From: Parvibaculum sp.
GTDB taxonomy: Bacteria; Pseudomonadota; Alphaproteobacteria; Parvibaculales; Parvibaculaceae
Reading direction: 5' to 3'
Assembly: GCA_040223265.1 (NCBI GenBank)
Contig: JAVKCY010000022.1
Coordinates: 47,171 to 111,170 of the forward strand
DNA length: 64,000 nucleotides
A model generated the notes under the pieces. It had not been told where the DNA came from, did no database searches, and saw nothing but the letters and a program-made list of their open reading frames with translations. The translations under genes and the position numbers were made by a program. Below, piece by piece: positions 54,637 to 64,000 of the stretch (positions are counted from its first letter, which is position 1; each line of letters begins with the position of its first letter).

Positions 54637-55305
54637 TCAAGCGCTGCAAGTGTCTTGTCGTAAGTGCATGATGCTGAAGTAAATTGAAATAAAGATGGCA
54701 TGTTGATTGTCACCTTTTTGGACCTCGCAACAGAGACTGTTTGCGGGGTTTGTTTTTGCGCACGCGAAGACGAAAAACCAATTGCATATTGCAAGCGCGC
54801 AGACTGTCCCCGGTCGACAGGTTCTTCTCTTGTGTGCGGCAGGCAAAATTTTCCTATATCTAGTGATGACCCTGAAACGGCGTCGCAAAGCCAAATTATG
54901 CGTACTTGGAATTTCGGCGAATGGTTTTTTTTGTTCGTGTGTTCTTTGCAACAGCTCAGGCATTGCGAAGCGCAAAAACCCACGCAAGAAAAATTTTGCA
55001 AAACTTTTTTGATAGATTCATGGCACAAGCGCTTGCCTCAATGAGCCTCAACAAGTATGGTTATCAGCCTTGGTTGGAGGCAACGAATACTGAATAAAAT
55101 TTCAAATTCGAAGTATTTAGACAGTATATCTGCGTTGATGGTTGGGGCGTCCAAAGTATTTGCATGAAATGTAACAGCTTGTCGGTTTGACGGGCAAGTC
55201 GTCGGCGTCGATATCCATCGGCATCGGGCAAGATGTTTGTTCAATTGGATGTTCTGGCTTTGAACATTCTATTGAAGCCAGCTGGATAAAGGGAGCGGGG
55301 GACAT

Positions 55306-55776
55306 ATGTCAGGGCAGGATGCATCGATCATTGGAACAAAGCCTTCTAACTATGCGGGCGATGTGACGGTAGAAGAAGCATTCAGGCTACTGGGCGCGAG
55401 TTCCAACTCTCTCCTCATCGATGTTCGGACAATGGCGGAATGGTCTTTTGTTGGTCGGCCAAATCTGGATGCGATCAACAAGCCGGTTGCCTTCATTGAA
55501 TGGCAATCGTTTCCGGCGATGGACCGCAATGAAAATTTCGTGGCAGACGTACGAAGCGTTTTGAGCAAAGAGGGTTTGGACGAGGGCGAAATCTCTCTCT
55601 TCATGATCTGTCGATCTGGCGCACGCTCGCGGGCTGCCGCAATCGCGGTAACTGAAGCAGGGTTGGGGACAGCTTACAATGTTGCAGGTGGATTTGAAGG
55701 GGACCTTGATCCCGACAATCATCGCGGCAATGTAAATGGATGGAAAGCTTCAGGGTTGATCTGGAGCCAAACCTGA
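55306..55776 (+). CDS. single-domain rhodanese-like protein
   Basis: LIDVRT-x-AEW, active loop CRSGAR, YNVAGGFEG, GWK. Confidence 0.88.
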   Translation: MSGQDASIIGTKPSNYAGDVTVEEAFRLLGASSNSLLIDVRTMAEWSFVGRPNLDAINKPVAFIEWQSFPAMDRNENFVADVRSVLSKEGLDEGEISLFMICRSGARSRAAAIAVTEAGLGTAYNVAGGFEGDLDPDNHRGNVNGWKASGLIWSQT

Positions 55777-55810
55777 GTTTGGCGTTGGTATCGAGAGCCA
55801 AACGAAATTT

Positions 55811-55842
55811 TGTATTGTGTGAGGCTGTGTATTGTGTGAGGC
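55811..55842 (+). repeat. 15-bp direct repeat (period 17) upstream of dnaA
   Basis: TGTATTGTGTGAGGC at 55811 and 55828. Confidence 0.8.
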
Positions 55843-56321
55843 AAGGCTGCGGCGATAAAGAATGCTACAGCAAATAAAGTGGCTACAAAATACGACAACA
55901 AAAAGCGGCAACAAAAATGAGTGCCGGCGTTACGGCGCGGTGTTTCTTCGGGGGTCGAAACACCAAAGCAGAAGAAAACTTTCTGCAAGCGCCATTCGGG
56001 GGCACGTCTGATTGTGGAACGGTTTGATGTTCACGGATCAGGCAGGCGAATGAACAAGGGTGCGGGCGCTTCATGACGACGAGAGAAAATGCGGTTCACG
56101 ATGTCAATTCAGACAATTTCGGTTCATCCAATGTCAATTCAGACAATGGTGCGCGCAATCAGGAAACCCGCAACAGGGTCGGTGGGAGAGATGGCGAGAG
56201 TGACGATCAAGGATACGGCGCGCCGCACACCTCATCTGGTCGCAGGTCTAATCAATCCTCCAATCAAGCCCCGGGCATGACATCCAATCCTCAATCGGCA
56301 ATGGCCACAGGAGAACTGAAC

Positions 56322-57797
56322 GTGGGCGGCGGAAACGATCTGGCGAGCCAATGGGCACGCGTGAAAGCGCGTATGGCGGTTGAGCTTGGGGATGCCACGT
56401 TCAATAGCTGGGTGAGGCCCGTCGACATGATCGGCTTGGGGGACGGCAAAGTTGTGCTCTCTGCGCCAACGCGTTTTATTCGTTCCTGGGTTGCCTCCCA
56501 CCAGACGGAGCGCCTGTTGATCTTATGGCGCGATGAAGATCCGACCATTGAGCGCGTTGAGGTCATGGTGCGCAGCGATGTGAGAGCGCCGTCAGATCAC
56601 GGTCTGCCTGGTGAAGAGCGTCATCTGAACTCATCATCTCCAAAATTGTCTGCAGGTTCATCAATGGCACTGGCCTCTGCCTCTTTCCCTGAGGTGAAAT
56701 CCACATACGCCAAACCGATGGAAGACGGATTTGCCGGGGAGCCGGTTGGCGCACCTTTGGATGAACGATTTACGTTTGAAAATTTCATTGTCGGTAAGTC
56801 AAACGAACTGGCGCATGCCGCGGCCCGGCGCGTGGCGGAAGCGACAGACGTTACCTTCAATCCGCTTTTTCTCTATGGCGGTGTCGGTCTTGGCAAAACC
56901 CATCTCATGCACGCGATTGCTTGGGAAATTCGTCGACGCCACCCGGAGCGTAAAGTGCTCTATCTATCGGCTGAGAAGTTTATGTATCAGTTTGTGCGTG
57001 CGCTGCGCTTCAAGGACACGATGGCGTTCAAACAGCAATTCCGGACCGTCGATGTGCTGATGATCGATGATGTGCAATTCATCTCAGGCAAAGATTCCAC
57101 TCAGGAAGAGTTTTTCCACACGTTCAATGCATTGATCGATCACAATCATCAGGTGATCATCTCTGCAGACCGCTCTCCCTCTGATCTTGACGGTATTGAA
57201 GAACGTATTCGCTCACGTCTCGGCTGGGGGTTGGTGGCAGATATTCACGCAACCGATTACGAGCTGCGTCTTGGTATTTTGCAGGCCAAAGCGGAAAGCA
57301 TGGCCCGTCACACTGGCGCCGTCGATATCCCGGCCGGTGTTTTGGAGCTTTTGGCAAGCCGGATCACCAACAATGTCAGAGAGCTGGAAGGTGCGTTGAC
57401 CCGCGTTGTGGCTTATGCATCTCTGGTGGGTCGTCCCATCTCTGTTGAAATGTCGATGGAAGTGCTCCGCGATCTTCTGCGCTCTCATGAGTCAAAAGTC
57501 ACGATCGAGGATATTCAGCGTCGCGTTGCCCAATATTACAATATTCGCCTCGCAGACATGCTCTCGCCGCGCCGGGCCCGCACGGTCGCAAGGCCGCGCC
57601 AGATCGCCATGTACCTGTCCAAGCAGCTCACCACCCGCTCCCTGCCGGAGATTGGTCGGAAGTTTGGTGGTCGTGATCACACGACGGTGATCCACGCGGT
57701 GCGCCGCATTGACGAGCTTTGCAAAGAAGACAGTTCGATGGAAGAAGACGTGGATCTTCTCCGCCGGATGCTGGAAGGCGCCACCCCGGATCATTGA
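56322..57797 (+). CDS. dnaA: chromosomal replication initiator DnaA
   Basis: domain I FNSWV, LYGGVGLGKTHL, DDVQF, RELEGAL, FGGRDHTTVIHA. The ORF is open from 56073; GTG 56322 has the best SD (AGGAGA). Confidence 0.95.
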   Translation: MGGGNDLASQWARVKARMAVELGDATFNSWVRPVDMIGLGDGKVVLSAPTRFIRSWVASHQTERLLILWRDEDPTIERVEVMVRSDVRAPSDHGLPGEERHLNSSSPKLSAGSSMALASASFPEVKSTYAKPMEDGFAGEPVGAPLDERFTFENFIVGKSNELAHAAARRVAEATDVTFNPLFLYGGVGLGKTHLMHAIAWEIRRRHPERKVLYLSAEKFMYQFVRALRFKDTMAFKQQFRTVDVLMIDDVQFISGKDSTQEEFFHTFNALIDHNHQVIISADRSPSDLDGIEERIRSRLGWGLVADIHATDYELRLGILQAKAESMARHTGAVDIPAGVLELLASRITNNVRELEGALTRVVAYASLVGRPISVEMSMEVLRDLLRSHESKVTIEDIQRRVAQYYNIRLADMLSPRRARTVARPRQIAMYLSKQLTTRSLPEIGRKFGGRDHTTVIHAVRRIDELCKEDSSMEEDVDLLRRMLEGATPDH

Positions 57798-57974
57798 GGG
57801 GTCCGGGAGCCAACCTGAGGGCGTGCCAAAGAAGGCGTGCTAAAAACGCATGGTCCTTTACGGTGCCTCTGATATACTCAGGCCCAGGTTTGACACCTGT
57901 GGCCGGTTAAACCCCTGCGCATTGGTAAGGATGTATCCCTGACATGGCCTCCCGATGCGTTTCGGGGGGCAACC

Positions 57975-57983
57975 TGTGGATAA
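57975..57983 (-). promoter_or_regulatory. consensus DnaA box in the dnaA-dnaN spacer
   Basis: TGTGGATAA (TTATCCACA on the minus strand). Confidence 0.6.
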
Positions 57984-58228
57984 CTTGCCCGCCAAGGGGG
58001 CTGGTCGCCGGTCAAAAAAACCGTCATGGTAACGCTCTGGCAAGCGGCACTCTGGTATGCGGCATATGCGGCATAAGGTAAGTTTCGGAACCGAAAGAGT
58101 CCGCCGTTGAATGTGCAGGCTTGCTCGGAACAGGATGGGTAGATTGCCGGGACATGCACCTGGTAGGTCCGGTGGACCTAGGTCTGGGGCCTCGTTAGGC
58201 AACAAGAAAAAAAGAGTTTAGGGGACAC

Positions 58229-59344
58229 ATGAAGATCACAATCGAACGCAGTGCGCTCTTGAAATCACTCAATCATGTGCAAAGCGTTGTCGAACGCCGG
58301 AACACTATTCCCATTCTCTCCAATGTGCTGATGCGCGCGGGCGAGGGCCAGTTGAGCCTGACTGCAACCGACCTCGACATTGAAGTGGTGGAAGCCACGA
58401 CAGCCGATATAGCGCAGGAGGGTGGCACGACAGCGTCTGCCCACACGCTCTACGACATTGTGCGCAAATTGCCCGACGGCGCGCAGGTGGAAATCAGCGA
58501 CGGGGATGACGGCAAGATCACGCTCCAGGCCGGTCGGTCCCGCTTTGCGCTGCAATCCTTGCCACAGGAAGATTTTCCAGCCATGTCGGCGGGCGATCTG
58601 CCACACCGGTTTGAAATGCCGGCAGAAGCTCTTGCCCGTCTGGTGGACAAGACCCGCTTTGCGATTTCGACCGAAGAGACACGCTATTACCTGAACGGCA
58701 TCTACCTCCACACGGCAGAGGCGAACGGCACGGCGATGCTGCGCGCGGTCGCAACAGATGGTCACCGCCTTGCGCAGGCGGACTTCCCGCTGCCGGATGG
58801 CGCGGCAGGCATGCCAGGCGTCATCGTGCCGCGCAAAACCGTGCTGGAATTGCAGAAGCTGGTGGAAGAAGAAGAGGGGCTTGTGCGCGTCGGCGTATCA
58901 GACACGAAAATCCGTTTTGAATTTGCCGGTGTTGTGCTGACATCAAAGCTGATCGACGGCACTTTCCCCGACTATACCCGCGTTATTCCCGAAGGGAATG
59001 ACAAAGAGATGGAAGTTGACGGCAAGAAATTTGCTGAAGCTGTGGACCGTGTTTCCACCATTTCGACAGAGCGCTCCCGCGCGGTGAAGCTCAACATGGA
59101 AGATGGACGCCTGATCCTCACAGTCACCAATCCAGACAGCGGCAATGCAACGGAAGAACTGGGCGTGACCTATTCGTCCTCACCCCTGGAAATCGGCTTC
59201 AATGCCCGCTACCTGCTCGATATTGCCGGTCAGCTGGACGGCGACAAGGCGATCTTCTCATTGGCTGACAGCGGCTCGCCAACGCTCATTCGCGATGTGG
59301 ATGACGAAAGCGCGCTCTACGTTCTGATGCCCATGCGCGTTTAG
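58229..59344 (+). CDS. dnaN: DNA polymerase III beta clamp
   Basis: VERRNTIPILSNV, ATDLD, STEETRYYLNG, VATDGHRL, YVLMPMRV. Confidence 0.98.
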   Translation: MKITIERSALLKSLNHVQSVVERRNTIPILSNVLMRAGEGQLSLTATDLDIEVVEATTADIAQEGGTTASAHTLYDIVRKLPDGAQVEISDGDDGKITLQAGRSRFALQSLPQEDFPAMSAGDLPHRFEMPAEALARLVDKTRFAISTEETRYYLNGIYLHTAEANGTAMLRAVATDGHRLAQADFPLPDGAAGMPGVIVPRKTVLELQKLVEEEEGLVRVGVSDTKIRFEFAGVVLTSKLIDGTFPDYTRVIPEGNDKEMEVDGKKFAEAVDRVSTISTERSRAVKLNMEDGRLILTVTNPDSGNATEELGVTYSSSPLEIGFNARYLLDIAGQLDGDKAIFSLADSGSPTLIRDVDDESALYVLMPMRV

Positions 59345-59396
59345 GGAGCGCGCCCGGAAGGGTCGAGACGGATCGTGACAGACCGTCTTTGGCTCG

Positions 59397-60635
59397 GTGC
59401 CCGAAAAGATCATCGAACAGCACAACGAAAAGAAACTGGAACCCGCATCAATTGGAGAGGGGACACGCGTGCCACAGCTCGCACCGCGCACCCATCTGTC
59501 GCGCCTCGTCGTGACCCATTTCAGGTCCTACGAGCGTGCAGCCATCTCTCTTGATGGCCGACCTGTTGTGCTGACAGGCGCGAACGGTGCCGGTAAAACC
59601 AATCTGCTGGAAGCTGTATCCCTTCTCTCGCCGGGCCGTGGTCTTCGCGGTCAGCCCTTTGCAGATCTTGCCCATCGTCACGCCGGCGAAACCGATGCGC
59701 GTCATGGCTGGGCGGTGGCCGCGACCCTTGTCAGCGGTGGCGAAGAAACAATGATCGGCACGGGGCAGGAGCCAAGTCTGGGCGAGGCGCAACGCGCCCG
59801 CATTGTCCGCGTTGACGGTGAAACCCAGTCCGGGCCTGGCATTCTTGCCGATTACATTCGTGTCGTTTGGCTCACCCCGGCACAAGACCGCCTCTTCGTT
59901 GAAGCCGCTGGCGGCAGGCGTCGCTTTCTCGACCGACTGGTGATGGGCTTTGACCCCTCACATGGCACGCGGGCGAATGCCTTTGAAAAGGCACTGCGTG
60001 AACGCAACAAGCTACTCGCCGAAGATGTGCGGGACGCCATGTGGTATGCGGCCATCGAGGAACAGATCGCCGAATATGGGGTGGCCATGGCCGCCGCGCG
60101 GGTGGAGATCATTGCGCGCCTCAAAGGCGCCATCGCCGCCGCTCCAGACAATGCCTTTCCCAAAGCAAGTCTTGCTCTGGAGGGGGAGTTGGAGGCGGCG
60201 TTAAGTGCAGGCGACGCTGCCGTCGATGTGGAAGACAGGTACCGCGCGAAACTCGCCGAGATGAGAAACCGCGACCGGGGTGCCGGCCGCACCCTGGAGG
60301 GGCCACACCGCTCCGACCTGCTGGTGCGCCACGCCCCCAAAGACATGGAGGCGGAAGCCTGCTCGACCGGCGAGCAGAAAGCGCTGCTTCTGGGGCTTAT
60401 GCTCGCCAACACCAAGCTGCTTGGCCTGTCTGTCGGGCGTCCACCGCTCCTCTTGCTGGACGAAGTGTCGGCCCACCTCGACAAGGACAGGCGGCACGCC
60501 CTCTTCGACGAGCTCTGTGCGATGGGTGTTCAGGCCTGGATGACGGGGACCGATGAGAGCCTGTTTTCCCCGCTGGGTGACAGGGCTGAGGCATTCCATG
60601 TCGTTGGCAATCGGCTGGAGGCTGCCCCCCTTTGA
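59397..60635 (+). CDS. recF: DNA replication/repair protein RecF
   Basis: HFRSYE, GANGAGKTNLLEA, STGEQKALL, LLLDEVSAHLD. Confidence 0.96.
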   Translation: MPEKIIEQHNEKKLEPASIGEGTRVPQLAPRTHLSRLVVTHFRSYERAAISLDGRPVVLTGANGAGKTNLLEAVSLLSPGRGLRGQPFADLAHRHAGETDARHGWAVAATLVSGGEETMIGTGQEPSLGEAQRARIVRVDGETQSGPGILADYIRVVWLTPAQDRLFVEAAGGRRRFLDRLVMGFDPSHGTRANAFEKALRERNKLLAEDVRDAMWYAAIEEQIAEYGVAMAAARVEIIARLKGAIAAAPDNAFPKASLALEGELEAALSAGDAAVDVEDRYRAKLAEMRNRDRGAGRTLEGPHRSDLLVRHAPKDMEAEACSTGEQKALLLGLMLANTKLLGLSVGRPPLLLLDEVSAHLDKDRRHALFDELCAMGVQAWMTGTDESLFSPLGDRAEAFHVVGNRLEAAPL

Positions 60636-60808
60636 GCCCTCACAATTTTGGGGCTCGCAAGCCCTTGAAACTGCACATGAAATTCAGGCGTTAAGACCAC
60701 CTGAAAAGCCCCGCCAACCTGGGCTTCATCACATTGTAACCTCTTGATTTGTAACCTATATTCTCATCTTACATATAGAATCACCCAGAACCTGAAGAAG
60801 CTCATTTG

Positions 60809-61405
60809 ATGCATCACCAATTGACCGAAACTGATCCAACCGATTTCCTGAAAAACGTCTCCAACCCGCTGATCGAAAGTGGTCTTTTCAAGTCCCGCAC
60901 GATCCTCATCACGGGCGAGATCAACGACCGTATCGCGCGCGCGACGACGGAACGTCTGCTTGCCATGTCGGGGGAGGGTGACGAGCCCATCACGCTCGTT
61001 GTGTCGTCTCCGGGGGGCCATGTTGAAAGCGGTGACATGATCCACGACATGATCAAGTTCGTGAAACCTGTTGTGCGCACATTGGGCACGGGTTGGGTCG
61101 CAAGCGCGGGTGCGTTGATTTTTGTCGGTGCAGAAAAAGAAAACCGTTTCTGCCTGCCCAACACCCGCTTCCTGCTTCATGAACCACGCGGTGGTGTCGG
61201 TGGCTCTGCATCGGAGATCGACATTCAAGCGCGCGAAGTGTTGCGGATGCGTGAGCGCCTCAACAAGATTTTTGCGGGCGCAACCGGCCAGACACTCGAA
61301 AAGATCGTGGCAGACACCAATCGCGACTTCTGGATGAGTGCGGAAGAAGCGCGTGAGTACGGCGTGGTCAACAAGATCATCAACGCGCAGTCCGAAATCG
61401 GCTGA
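60809..61405 (+). CDS. clpP: ClpP-family protease subunit (divergent paralogue)
   Basis: SSPGG, VASAG (Ser), LLHEP (His), DTNRDFW (Asp), AEEAREYGVV. Confidence 0.9.
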   Translation: MHHQLTETDPTDFLKNVSNPLIESGLFKSRTILITGEINDRIARATTERLLAMSGEGDEPITLVVSSPGGHVESGDMIHDMIKFVKPVVRTLGTGWVASAGALIFVGAEKENRFCLPNTRFLLHEPRGGVGGSASEIDIQAREVLRMRERLNKIFAGATGQTLEKIVADTNRDFWMSAEEAREYGVVNKIINAQSEIG

Positions 61406-61514
61406 GGCGATAAAATTTTCGGCCAGCGCGGGACTTGATCCCGCGCCGGGCCAAACACGCACACATAGATGCCGTTGTAACCGCGCCGAATGCACCAGCG
61501 GTTTATACGATTGA

Positions 61515-63974
<2,460 letters not shown>

Positions 63975-64000
63975 TCAGACACCAAGATTGTTAATCGCAT

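Noticed and set aside
54829-54859. RpoH-like promoter CTTGTG-N18-CCTATAT
   Set aside because: Spacer too long, imperfect -35, and far from the next gene.
54637-58228. oriC around dnaA
   Set aside because: Only one consensus DnaA box and no cluster or clear CtrA sites; alphaproteobacterial origins usually lie near hemE.

Overview
Alphaproteobacterial chromosome core (gene order resembles Hyphomicrobiales/Parvibaculaceae; this is inference from synteny). About 60 CDS: glnD-murJ, trpS, usp-nfu-rutE-tsaB-rimI-fur-plsC-miaB-phoH-ybeY-corC-lnt-XRE-metK-trmB, rimP-nusA-ylxR-infB-rbfA-truB-rpsO-pnp, fabA-fabB-fabI, irr, SH3/2-hydroxyacid dehydrogenase/moeB, cysK-Rrf2-dut-coaBC-ubiB-ubiE, mutM-echA-rpsT-dnaA-dnaN-recF-gyrB. 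I saw no rRNA, tRNA, CRISPR, transposase, integrase, phage or defence genes, and I cannot support a wholly new multi-gene system. The best signals are: (1) a sequence-visible Irr/ICE-type oxidative-stress regulon linking a catalase, irr itself and an aerobic-type rubrerythrin/Fe-S oxidoreductase/DUF3501 module through related 17-21 bp palindromes beside clear sigma70 promoters; (2) an E. coli-type metal-independent kdsA coupled to trpS; (3) two copies of a Bru-RS/RIME-like palindromic element; (4) recurrent 12-bp tandem expansions; (5) a rhodanese gene and a ClpP paralogue inside the rpsT-dnaA-dnaN-recF-gyrB cluster; (6) a twin-operator HxlR module. Gene calls rest on remembered family motifs and synteny; no searches were run.
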